Source: Paraphysomonas bandaiensis (lineage: Eukaryota; Protista; Chrysophyceae). From it: 64,000 nucleotides of DNA. Below, piece by piece: positions 38,231 to 49,846 of the stretch (position 1 is its first letter; every line of letters starts with the position of its first letter). The stretch spans positions 96,833-160,832 of the forward strand of contig CBFFRP010000090.1 in NCBI GenBank assembly GCA_965644295.1. Direction: 5' to 3'. The position numbers and the translations under genes were made by a program. The notes under the pieces were generated by a model. It did no database searches and was not told the origin of the DNA. It worked only from the letters and a program-made list of their open reading frames with translations.

Positions 38231-39316
38231 CTACAGCCCGTCCATGCTAAACATCCACGCATCCAGCCCTGCTTCCGCCACGTTTACATTTGTGCATTTC
38301 ACCACCTGCGGAGCACCATACAGAACCGATCCTTCAGGATCACACATAGATGAATTGAGGGTTAATGGCATTCGCGAGACAGGAAACATTACTCCCCGAG
38401 ATGCTGGTATTCCACCGTGTAGGTGGAGGCCAGGACGGGATAGCTTGATTGCCTCTGCCAAGTCTCGGTTCCCGCTATGAGTTGATCCATAGTCCTTGGA
38501 GTCCATCCGACCGTACGCAGGCTCATTAGAAACCAAAATATCGATATCATGAATCTCAGTGAATTTATGACGACTACGGCGCCCCATTGGCAGAAACGAA
38601 CGCTTGCGAGTACATTTTCGCCATGGACAACCATGGATTCTAAGACCCAATATTGAAACAGTTGTATCGCATAAGACATGAGTAGCGTGGGGAAGTAGTT
38701 TCACCATTTGATTCCAGTCGTCGCAATACTTGCTAGCTTCGTTCTCACCCAGAACAATCACACGATAATGGTAAATGTCCGATACAGATTGCAGCCATTT
38801 GTCAAACTGTAAAAACTCTTCATACTTTCCATTTTTTGTGAAGTTTCCAGAATGAATAAGAATATTACCACGAGGCAGTAGCTCACGACGATATCCTTCC
38901 ACAGACAGAAAGCTATAGGTATCCGCCATGTGCACAATCCTCACAGGAAGATTTCTCATTGAGAAATTATTTATATCCAGCACAATCTTCTTATCACACT
39001 CACTCTCTACTTCTATATGTTTTAAAGATGAACTGCGGAATGCTTTAGCGATATCATGATGCTCAGCATCTGATCGATGAATACGGATGTCGTCTGTTGT
39101 ATGTTCGCCATTCATATGATGACTGTTATCTATATCTTGTCGCACTCTATTAGCTCGTAGAGCATCTCTAACATCATATGCATCACTATAGGACTTAAAC
39201 ACACGTATGAGATCATGATTCACACCGTCTGATCTGCTCACTGATATTGTTGGACCTGCAGATGATTTAGATGTGGCTAATTTAGGGGCAGAATTACGTT
39301 TCGTTATAGTTGACAT
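38231..39316 (-). CDS. MPPED1/2-like calcineurin-type metallophosphoesterase with substituted metal ligands (intronless)
   Basis: Scaffold motifs RIVHMADTY, LPRGNILIHSGNFT, VIVLGENE, ILGLRIHGCPW, DIDILVSNEPAYG.MD, LHLHGGI align to MPPED ISDTH, GDILIHAGDFT, IAGNHE, IYGSPW, DILITHGPP.G, HVFGHIH. Confidence 0.8.
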   Translation of the reverse strand: MSTITKRNSAPKLATSKSSAGPTISVSRSDGVNHDLIRVFKSYSDAYDVRDALRANRVRQDIDNSHHMNGEHTTDDIRIHRSDAEHHDIAKAFRSSSLKHIEVESECDKKIVLDINNFSMRNLPVRIVHMADTYSFLSVEGYRRELLPRGNILIHSGNFTKNGKYEEFLQFDKWLQSVSDIYHYRVIVLGENEASKYCDDWNQMVKLLPHATHVLCDTTVSILGLRIHGCPWRKCTRKRSFLPMGRRSRHKFTEIHDIDILVSNEPAYGRMDSKDYGSTHSGNRDLAEAIKLSRPGLHLHGGIPASRGVMFPVSRMPLTLNSSMCDPEGSVLYGAPQVVKCTNVNVAEAGLDAWMFSMDGL

Positions 39317-39847
39317 GTTCGAGTGATGGAGAGATTAAAGGGGTGTGTGTATGGGGGTCTTACTATGCTTGACTTGATATGTGTGGATTGACTGAGATGG
39401 TATGGCGTGGTGTGGTAGGGTGTGGTATGGTTACAAGGGTATGTCTTTGTAGGTTGAATTTGAGGTTGAGGGATAGCGAAGTTGATTGCAAAGTTCCTCA
39501 TATTTTTTTTTTTATCATCGTACGTATTTTTTACTCCATCTGTTAGGAGGATCCAGCCCACCACACCTCCACCTCCACCTCCACCTCCATCTGCTGTAAA
39601 CACATGCTTCAATTATTGGCCACCATCAGCATTTTTTTGTCTACACATCTTGGACAACAACATCCCGTAGCCCGTTAAAATATGAAGCGGGCTTCTATTC
39701 CGGCCACAGGTGGGTTCTATTTTTTTTTGACGGTTGCACAGGCAGAGAGGAGGATACATGCAAGTGTTACATTAACATCACAGCAACGTCTCATTGCAAC
39801 ATATATCAACTATCTGGAGGTCTGATATATCTAATAGTATTTGAAAC

Positions 39848-41028
39848 ATGGCGAATGACAATATTGCACCCGATTATTACGATATCCTTCAGGTACCCAA
39901 AGTTAGCACCGATGCTGAGATCAAGAAAGCGTAAGTGAATCTCTTATTATCATATATGTAAGTTTACAATTGAACCAGATATCGCAAGTTAGCAATGAAA
40001 TGGCACCCCGATAAAAATCCAGATATTCCTGTTAGTGTGCCATAATTTACATGTTCTTTTCAGTTAATTCTGTGATGGCCTTCAGGAGGAAGCTGCCAAA
40101 AAATTTCAAGAAATAGGAGAAGCATATGATGTCTTGAGTGATCCTGAGAAACGTGCTATCTACGACCAATACGGCTATGAAGCGCTTCGTGATGGAATTC
40201 CCGATCCAGCTGGAGGTAAAGGAATATAAATTTTAGAATGAAGATAACTCTCGCCTTCAGGAAGTCGTCCTGGATACAGTTATAGAGGGAATGCTCAGGA
40301 GATATTCGAGAACTTTTTTGGAACTTCTAACCCATTTGCCACATTTGGCTTTGGTGCTGCGTCCATGCCTTTTGCTTCCAGATTAAACAAGCCTGGTCCT
40401 AAAATATCCCAGCCAGAAATTCGCAAAGTATTCTGTACTCTCACGGAGCTGTATAATGGCTGCACAAAAACATTCAGTGTGAAGCGTAAGCGTTTTAATG
40501 CTGAGAAGGAACTAGTAGACAGCACAAAAATATTAACGATTAATATTAAGGCCGGATGGAAGGCGGGCACAAAGATCACTTTTCCAGCTGAGGGAGACGA
40601 GAGTTTAGAAGCCACGACGCCTGATATTGTATTTGTTATACATGAAAAGCCAGATCCTAAAGTCGGCTATGTACGGGATGGTAACCACCTCATATATACC
40701 TATCAGATAAGCTTGGCCGATGCGCTGTCTGACTGCTCTCTGCAAGTACCTACTCTTGATAATCGCCTCCTCTCGTTTGCTTGTCCAGAAGTTGTGTCAC
40801 CGTACTATGAAAAGAGGATCCAAGGTCAGTATGTGTTTTGTTTTGGACTATATAATTTCTTACGAACCTCTTTGCTCATATTCAGGCGAAGGAATGCCTA
40901 TATCAAAGAGCCCAGGACAAAAAGGCGACTTAATTATACGATTTCACGTGAAATTCCCGAAGTATTTGAATGGCACGAAGAAGTTGAAAATACGTGAATT
41001 ACTGGCTGGGGAGGAATTACAAGAATAA
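39848..41028 (+). CDS. class B J-domain protein, DNAJB13/RSP16-like (5 exons)
   Basis: DYYDILQV...[18 protein letters not shown]; [18 protein letters not shown]; [21 protein letters not shown]; [19 protein letters not shown]; GEGMP...[13 protein letters not shown]; no Zn finger. Confidence 0.85.
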
Positions 41029-41941
41029 ACAGTGACATTACCGATTGGTGTCATATTGTGATCCAGTGTTCAGTGTTGATATAGTTACTAAAGTTGTCAT
41101 TTAGTAGTTGTAATCGTATATTGCGATATTGGGTGAAGCATGTTCTGTAATCCCGCCGCGCGTTGTTCTGACAACGAATTCGAGTTTACTGTCACTAAGT
41201 ACTTTATTTTACGTTAGTCGTGATGTTTCCATCTCTGTAACGAATGAAACTATAAAATATGTTCGAATCTTTAATCAGCTATTTGTCACAGAGAAGTCCG
41301 TCCTGTTGTAGAAAAGAGAAAAGTAGAAATATATAATTGTTTTCACGATATTACAGAGAGTAGTGTGCCTATTCCCTATGCCTATGTACTTCAACCAATT
41401 TGAACAAACACTTATAGACCGCAAAGACTGCGCAACAGGTCATCGATCATGGACCGTCTGGTCATGACGAGAATAAGGACGACAGTGACGACGAGTACTA
41501 GTTGCTGCATTATTGTTATTGGGTTTTCTTCTTTATATATAGTACCCTCTACTGCCGATTGAGCTCATTTCTTCTTCTTAGCGCCCAACATATATCAATA
41601 TATTGCAGCATATTTAATAATTATTATTGGTCTTTAAAATATTATTTCTTTTTGTTGGCAATATACAATATATTGTTGTCGCCCCTTGAGTTGTGCGTTG
41701 TGCTATAGTGCTTGCAAAATTTTTGTAGCAACAAGCATGCTGAACTACTTTGCATTTGTATTAGTTTAACAGAGAGGTGTTATAAATCTTTACCCAAATC
41801 ACAATACATTACGTAAAATGCTACAAAAGTTGGTAGCAAGTTGGAAGTTCTGTAATACTACTGACTTTCTTGCTTCGACTCAGCTATGCAACATATGTTT
41901 CAACGAGCAGAGAAGTAAAATATAATACTGTGTACAGTTTA

Positions 41942-42631
41942 CTACTTCTTTGAAGACAACGTCAAGCTTTCACTCTTGGAGACATCAACCTGATCACCGT
42001 GGAGCTCGTAAACATAGGTCACGAATTTGGATCCTTGGATAGACAGTAATATAAAACTTGGTGTAACGTCCGTAGTAAGAGTGCTGCATAAATAGTACAC
42101 AATAAAAACGATATCGACGTTCATTATAATAACCACCTGTATGCTCCAGTAATGCTGCCAGGGTTAATGAACCATTTGCCTTCATACTCGTTAACCTCAC
42201 TGCGGTGAGTACTACCACTGATCAAAATATCCACATCTAGCTGTCGTTGAATCATAGCAAGGCTGTGTGTATCTCCCCATGGAACAATTTGGTGTCCATG
42301 AATTAATCCAATTTTGAACTGTCCGATCTGTATAACTTTAGAGTCAGGAAAAGTTGTGTCATCATCAAATTCGCCTCTAACTACGTGCACATTCGGCGCA
42401 AGACTAAATATAAGAAACTAGATAAGACATTCAATATGAGATACAAAATTGAGCATGATACCCTTTCAATTCGTCATATTGCTCTTTTGAAACGAGATTT
42501 CCTGTGCATAAAACATGTTGCATTTTATTAGGGACTAACATGCGCTGAAACTTCTCAGGAATACTGGTAGCCCTATGGGGGATATGAAAATCCCCCAATA
42601 CTAACACAAGTTCACCAAAATCGTTTGACAT
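41942..42631 (-). CDS. VPS29: retromer subunit VPS29 (3 exons)
   Basis: [14 protein letters not shown]...[16 protein letters not shown]; [14 protein letters not shown]; LDVDILISG; [11 protein letters not shown]; [20 protein letters not shown]. Confidence 0.97.
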
Positions 42632-43064
42632 TGTATTGTGTGATCGATATGAGTGTTGTTGTTGATGATACTTCCACTGAGTAGGATGATATGCATGGAA
42701 GATCACAGCAGGAGAGGCATGCAACAGACAGACGCTGTATACAATGCGGTATACACGAATATGTATAGAGGACTCTCAGTATGTATATGGGAGTATGTTG
42801 TGGTGTACTACTCGTACAATATCATCGTACATCATCACTGTACATATGTACATATCATAGTATATTGTCTACACATGCCACATACTGCTGTACTCACTGA
42901 CATATGATTCAGTGGTATATTTTCAGTTTTTCAGTTTCCCTCAAAGATCCTCGTCCAACCACCATCCATTTCCATTGTTTGGCACAGTTGTGGACTATAT
43001 ATGCAGATATACATCACTGCATCGCTATATATCATATTGGGTAAACTAAATCACCTGCAATACA

Positions 43065-44693
43065 ATGTCACACAAAGTAAAAGGACAAAAGGTCGATCTG
43101 GCATCATTGTATAGTGGTCCAGGAGTGGAATCGAGCCTTCCATCTGCTCCTGACCCCAATAGAGAGTGAGTTAATTCATATCTTTAGTAGCTGTACTTTA
43201 CTTGCTATATCTGTGTGGTATATAGACCTTATGACCGAAGAAGGGGAAGAGGAGGTGGTAGAGGTGGGGGAGGATTTGACCGTGAGCGTGGCGGTGGGAG
43301 ATTTGAGAGGGGTGGAGAAAGAGGAGGTTTTGGTGGAGGGGGATATGATGAACGTCGCTCTGATGATGATGCTGGACCTTGGCGTAGAGCTGGTCCACCT
43401 GATCGATCGTACAGAGATAGTGGAAGTAGAGGTGGCTATGGAGGAAGGGATAGAGATTTTGGAGACAGAGACGGGTTTGGTGGAGGTTTCCGTGGTGGAA
43501 GAGACAGAGGCTATGGTGACCGCCAGGATTCTTATTCACCTGCTGGCGAACGTCCAAAGCTTAATCTTGCACCACGTACTCTTCCTGTTGACCAGTCATC
43601 TGCACCTGCGGTTAATGATGTGACTGAGCGTATGGGGAATATGGACACGGGTTCAGCCTCTTCTGCTCCTGCTGATAAGTGGGAGACAGTTTTTAAGAAA
43701 CCGTCAAGGTTTGGTGGGGATGCCCCACAAGACTCTCGCTTTGGCGATCGTGGTGGCCGGTCATTTGGTGATCGCCGTGGTGGGGGCTTTGGCGACCGTG
43801 ACCGCTCAAGGGATTACGGAGGCAGAGATTTTGGTAGCCGTTATGACTCTGGTGGACGCAGCGCTTATGCCTCAACAAACAGATACGACACCGAGCCCGA
43901 GCCTATTGATGACCCAAGATTTGCGGGCAAGTTTGGTGGTTCCGCCTCTCGAGGGGCTCCTCAGGAAACACAGTCTGCACGTCCTGCCGTCCCTGATGCC
44001 GCTTTAGCTGCGATCCCCATCGTAGAGAAGTCTAATAAAAAAGATACTAAGGCTGCTGAGGAACGCAAAGCTGCTGCTGAAGCAAAGGCTGCTAAAGCTG
44101 CTGCTAAGGCAGAGGCAGAAAGACTCGAAGCTGAAAGGAAGCTGGCTGAGAAGGAGGCAGAGAAGGCAGCCATCGCTAAGCAGAGATCCATCGCTGCTAC
44201 TCTAGTTAAAGGGGGTAAAAAGGGTGATTCGCTGACAAATGATATTTCGGAACTTTCCGAGAAACCGTCTGGTGCTGCCCTTGTTGCGGAGATTCTCAGT
44301 TCACTCTCCGTTCCCACTGATGTTGCATGGTGTACCCCTGATGAGTATGGGAGTGCTCTTTCATCTCTGCTGCAGGACAACACGAAGGGACAGATGATGG
44401 CCATTTACGAGCTCCAGCAGTACTGTCAGAAGATTAGCTTTCCAAAGATCGATACGAAATCTGGCAAGCGTGCATATTTCGAGGTTATATTTCAATTGTT
44501 TTATCAGTTCGACATCGTTGATAATACTGGATTCCAAGCATGGTTCGATGACGAAATGTTTGACGAGCTCCCAGGACGAACTGATGCTTTAGTTCAGGCA
44601 ACGGAGTTCATGAATTGGCTAAATGAGGAAGAGTTAGAAGAAGAGGATGAGGATGAGGAAATTGAAGGGCTTGAGCCAGCACCTAGAAATTAG
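43065..44693 (+). CDS. eIF4B-like DRYG/RGG-rich protein fused to a C-terminal W2 (eIF4G/eIF5/eIF2B-epsilon) domain
   Basis: Exon 1 MSHKVKGQKVDLASLY...SLPSAP spliced to a D/R/G/Y-rich region with ERPKLNLAPRTLP (eIF4B motif); C-terminal FQLFYQFDIV...FQAWFDD...ATEFMNWLNEEELEEEDEDEE (W2 AA-boxes). Confidence 0.8.
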
Positions 44694-45180
44694 GTGATAT
44701 ACCAAATAGTCCTAGTTTCGTCTAAATACTTTTGTTAGACTCTAGATTAATACCAGTTCTGTTAGTGTCAATTAATTTCATCATATTTGCTCATTTTGGT
44801 AGCTCTCATATACGGTATTGCACTGAACACTTCATTTGAGTATGAGTTATTGATATCTCTCTTTCATTTGGGGCTATTGTATGAGAATTGCTACTTGGTA
44901 ATATATCTGGCATTTTCGTATCTCTAGGTATGATGTGGTGTGTTTTTTCCATGTATATGATGTGGAAATATACATCATTTTATAATAAGCTGCAATTATA
45001 TTATAGATTTTCGCTTTCGTGCATGAATATCCAGTATTTTGTTAATGCTTGTAATTGTTGGAAGGTTGCAATCATACTCTGCTTAATTCTGGCATTTCAA
45101 TTAACCCCGTTAACATTCCTCTATAGTCATGTATATGTATATAGAGTACCATTGCATCATATGAGGAATTGATCTTTGTA

Positions 45181-45440
45181 ATAGTAAAGCAATGTTGTGA
45201 TGATTAGAATGTAAGTGATAACACAGTAAATTGAGAAATATGGATAACTGAATAACAATATGAAACAACTACATAGCTATCATGCACAATGAAATAGATA
45301 GAAATGTAACTGATAATGACGATCATTATGATGACGGTCAAGTATCTTCAACAGATACTCTCTCTAATTCAGTTCATGATATATTTCATTGAACATTATA
45401 ACTCACAGATACTATCTTATATTAAGCTGAATCCTAATAT
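45181..45440 (+). repeat. unclassified ~260-bp AT-rich dispersed repeat (copy 1)
   Basis: Matches the reverse complement of 63730-63975, e.g. acagatactctctctaattcagttcatgRtatatttcattgaacattataactcacagatac...tattaagctgaatcctaata. Confidence 0.85.
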
Positions 45441-45571
45441 CCTAAAATGAAGCGGTATTTTCATAAACTATCGCTCTCACTACACAAAAATGCCTATTAC
45501 ATCATAGGAATGTACAATAGCAATAAACATGTTTAATTCAGAACGTTTTTAATGTAGTCATGAAGTTAATA

Positions 45572-47142
45572 TTAGGCGTGGTGTTCCAAAATTGCTTGGT
45601 ATATACGATCGCTTTCTACACATTTCCCGCAGGATTCCGTTTCGAGAACTTTTTCAATCACCCATAGCTTGTCTTGGCCGAAGACAACGACATCCTTGTA
45701 CTTCAGACATGGCACCCCCCACAGACCTCGAGAAACTAAGAATTCTTTATGTGGACTAGTAATATGTTGCCACCGTATAAACTTTTGCTCTATTGTTTCA
45801 CTGGATATCAAATCACGTGCCTCATTCCATGCCGTAAGCGGTAATCCGGAATCGTATATCATCTTTCGCAGGCCATAATCTGTACCCGCACTCAAACCGT
45901 AGCCCCACTGGTAAACACCATACACCTCAATAAACTCATCGGCACGATCATATTTCTGTGCTATACTGAAGGCATCCATAGCTCTAAGGAATGGGGCTTT
46001 ATCTGGATGCACTAAGCCATTAACAAGTTAGGGAACGCGATATATGTTCATCTATTGATGAATCGATATATCAAAAACTTACATGGATCTACAAGTCTTC
46101 CAAAAGATATCTCCCATAATTTTGCTTCTCGAGCAGCATCTTGGGCGATATACATTTCCTTCTCTCTGGACACTTTCAGGCCCCTTGTAACCATTGGTAG
46201 CACTGGGTTTACAATGACTTCCGTTCCGTATTTCTGACACACTCTAAGAAGACGCTTCAATACTAACTGTGAATACGGTGAACGAAAGCTATAGAACATC
46301 TCTACGGCGGGAAGGTTAGTGGGCAACAATACTGGATCAGAGATCATGTCATAATTACACTTCTCCGTATAATTAAATCCTGCTCGACGGATATCAGCAT
46401 TCGTTGATTCCCATTCTTGATCAAAAAGAAGATCTGTATCATCAGAGTTATGAATGCAGTTACTGAAGTCACATCGAAGACGTCGTTCAAGATGATGTAA
46501 CCGACTAGGTGGATACCACTCCCCCTGGAATTCAACTGCTCCAGGATTATAGTACCCCAACTTTTTCATCAAAGCAAGATTATTCGACAGAGATATCGCG
46601 ATTTCATCACTCCACATATTTTCATCAATATCATTACAACTTAATGTCATGTCTTCATCTGGACTCCATAGTGCTTTAAGGTGTCGATATGTACCTTCCA
46701 GAGGGCTGGAACTGGAAGATTCTCCAAACATCTTTCTGGTCACAGCCTTTAACTCAGTTTTAGTACATTGGGATATGTTGCATCGAGGCTGAAGTAGAGA
46801 GTATTTTACTGCAAATAATCCTGCATTTCGGTTTACCCAGTTATATTTAGTATCTATTGATGTGGACCATCCATTCACAGCGATATCCAACACTTTAACT
46901 GATATGTTAGTGTTATAAACACTCTTTAGTTTAAGTAAACACTGAAGTAATACAAACGAATCAGCATCATCTGCAGCTACAAATACATTGAGAGTAATCG
47001 GCTCTTGTCGTACAAAGGAGCTGATTCTTAATAAGTGACGACGCAGTTGTATGAAGGAGTTACTGAGCAGTAACTGGACCACTCGGGGCTTGATCAGGTC
47101 ACGATATATGGAGCCGTGTGGTTTTAGTCGAGAATGAAGCAT
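45572..47142 (-). CDS. tandem DSBA-like thioredoxin / HCCA-isomerase (GST-kappa family) protein, 2 exons
   Basis: First domain ends LGYYNPGAVEFQGEWY...RLHHLERRL; second domain EMFYSFRSPYSQL, PVLPMVTRGL, YIAQDAAREA, GLWGVPCL...FGQDKLWVIE; intron 46082-46012 restores the frame (DPLHPDK). Confidence 0.85.
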
Positions 47143-47636
47143 CTAGAGAGAATGATTGATCCTTATATATCCTCGTATATACGGCATATGATGGAGTTAA
47201 GGTGAATGATCTGATGTCATGACTGTGTATATACACGAGACAATGTACCACACTCTCCATATACATACATACCACTGTACATACTGCTGTACATACACGC
47301 ACTACACTATGAGTGTAGCTATGTAGGGACTTCAACATACAGAGTCAACCAGTAAGATGCCGAGATTTTATGATTATAGGTGTTTTTAATAGTTTATTTA
47401 ACATCTTATCTAGATATCCAGATATCTAGATATAATTCCTCACTTCACTACAAAAAATGGAATATTTCCTGCTTTAAATCTAAGTAAACACTCTGATAGT
47501 CGTGTATCTGCTGCACTCGCTCCATGACAAAAAAATCATGGATGTAGCTACAATACTTCGTGTGATTGCTGCTACATACACATACATGCGCATATGACAT
47601 CCATCGCATATACTAATAAGGGTCCATCTTATTCCT

Positions 47637-48833
47637 ATGAAGTGTATTGATCTTTGGAAGAGTCGTGAGACAGAGACACCCAGTCAAATACTGTCTAATC
47701 TATCTGAGCAGTGTGTTGAGCTGGGCATCACACAACAGGACGTTTATGGGGACTTCCAGTCATCAGATAGCTGGCTGAGACAGTTTGAAAGAGAAGTTAG
47801 TCATCATATTGGCAAATCAGATGGCTTATTTGTTCCATCTGGAGTTATGGCGCAGCAAATAGCACTACTCGTTCACTATGAATCATCCGTTGAAAAAAAT
47901 AGGACGTTTGTGTGTCATTTTAGTTCGCACTTATTACTTCATGAGAATGATGCGCATAACAAGCTTATTAATATGAATGCCTTACAAATTCTTCCAGATG
48001 CCAATTCCAGAGTACAATCTCCAATGACGTTTGAATCGATCCAGCCTTACATGAATGATCCATATTCTCCCTGTTGTCTGATTGTTGAGTGCCCTCACAG
48101 AGAATTGGGTGGAAAATGTACTTCTTACTCAGATCTTAGGCAAATGTCAGATCAATGTAAGAGGATGGGCGTGGCAATGCACATGGACGGTGCCCGTCTG
48201 TGGGAAGCAGGGGCCGCATACAAACGCCCTCTCTCCGAAATATGTGCTCTCTTTGATTCCGTCTACGTGTCATTCTACAAAGGTTTGGGAGCTTTATCAG
48301 GCGCAATGCTTTGTGGAGACAGTGCATTTATAGCTTCCGCCAGAGTGTGGTTGCGTCGATTTGGTGGCAACCTCTACACACTTATGCCTTATGCAGTATC
48401 GTGCTGGTCCTCGTATCGTGCAAATGTGTCTACGTTTCCTGGACGGCTAGAGCGCCTTGTGCAAGTAATTACAGTTGTAACAAGTGCGTTATCTGCTCAT
48501 AATTTTTCGCACCTTATACGCTTTGACCCGGGGGTACCTGAAGTATCCCTTATTCATGGTTATATCAAGTCAGATATCGAGACAGCTATGGGTGCCCAAG
48601 AAGACGCAGTGTTAGAGCGTGGTATACGGTGCTTTAATAGGCTTAAAACTGGAAAATATGGGGCCCTTGACGAATGTTACTTCGAATTTAATATGGTATG
48701 ATCACGTTTTACTCTTACCGGTTTTATGCTTTTGATGTAGGGTTCACACAATAGTGTTTTATCTGACGAAGATTGGATAACTGGTTGGATTACATTTGCT
48801 CAGAAACTCAGCGCCCGCTTAGCACAAATTTGA
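47637..48833 (+). CDS. ltaE: low-specificity L-threonine aldolase (PLP-dependent, Beta_elim_lyase)
   Basis: GLFVPSGVMAQQIAL, SHLLLHE, ECPHRELGG, MHMDGARLWEA, FDSVYVSFYKGLG (PLP Lys), WLRRFGGNL; a short last exon after a 3' intron ends at TGA 48831-48833. Confidence 0.92.
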
Positions 48834-49209
48834 TTGCTTTTAGATCGTGGCTGCATATCATAGTTAATCTATTGAATATGTATTATATGCTACAATAAGT
48901 ACGCTGTAGACATATTAGTTACATAACATTAACTTGCATTGTACACTTCAATCCTCTGTACGGAGAAAATTAAAGATAGTAAAACATGTATTAACAAGAC
49001 TTTATATTTGTTTTGGAAAGAGAAGCATTAATCGAATAAGCTTCAGTTGTCAACTATGCTACATTGTGCTCCCATGTCGAAACAGTGAGGTTTAAGCTTA
49101 TAACTGAACGTAATATGTAATATGCACTCAATACTTTACTTATAAACTATGATCAATCTCACTTATCAAATTCGCCAAATTCAAGTTACTTCAACTACCC
49201 ATCATTTTC

Positions 49210-49620
49210 TCATATCCTTCTATATAACGCTGCGAAAGCTGCTTGTGCATTGCCGCAAGCACCAAGGTGCGACCACTTCCGTTGTTGTATGTAAGGGAGA
49301 ATATCTCTATGGACGGGAGCCTTTGAGGTGCATGTGGGGCTAGTCAGGGGGGAGGCCCTAGGTCCTAGGGAAATGGCTCTGCAGGACTTTGTGGTTGTAC
49401 AGGATTCTGAAGTTATGAGTCGAGTGTACCTAGCCTGAGAAACATGGACAAGAGGATAGATTGGTGGGGCGCCATCGTGGCCTGTGGCAGAGAAGGAGCT
49501 GGCGGAGGCTGTACCCTGGCGTTTCCAGCGGTTTCCGTCGTGTGTTTCTACGTTCCAATCGTGTGTAGCTACGTTTCTGACGTGTTCTGGGGAGTAATCT
49601 ATGTAGCCCCTCCTTATTTA
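49210..49620 (-). mobile_element. 5'-truncated LINE-like 3' fragment flanked by ~85-100-bp imperfect direct repeats
   Basis: Colinear with 12270-12700; full 49-nt motif at 49233-49281; flanks 49107-49209 and 49624-49706 are similar. Confidence 0.8.
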
Positions 49621-49846
49621 CTAAACGTAATATGCACTCCATGCTTTACGTATAAATTATGATCAAATTTGACAATTTCAAGTTACTTCAACTACCAATT
49701 ATTTTCAACACCTTAGAGACAGAAAATATACCCAAGCCAGTTGGTTTCGTAATCTTATAACTTATACGGATAAACAGTAATTACTTTACGACGAGGTTTT
49801 TCATCTAACTGACGAGATATCTACACCACAATCGGGGGGTGACGAG

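Noticed and set aside
39560-39592. (CCACCT)n tract as a poly-Pro/poly-Gly coding region or telomeric repeat
   Set aside because: Short hexamer microsatellite in a divergent promoter; not a canonical telomere unit and not within a supported CDS
43114-43623. 169-aa overlapping alternate-frame ORF (and similar shadow ORFs at 8723, 19230, 21012, 43961 and 50423)
   Set aside because: By-products of low-complexity or biased codon usage in the real genes; no recognisable motifs
11825-49281. Recurring ~49-nt palindromic motif read as a CRISPR repeat, tRNA or hammerhead ribozyme
   Set aside because: Copies are dispersed, in both orientations and inside retroelement tails, with no regular spacers, no cloverleaf or T-loop, and no CUGANGA/GAAA core
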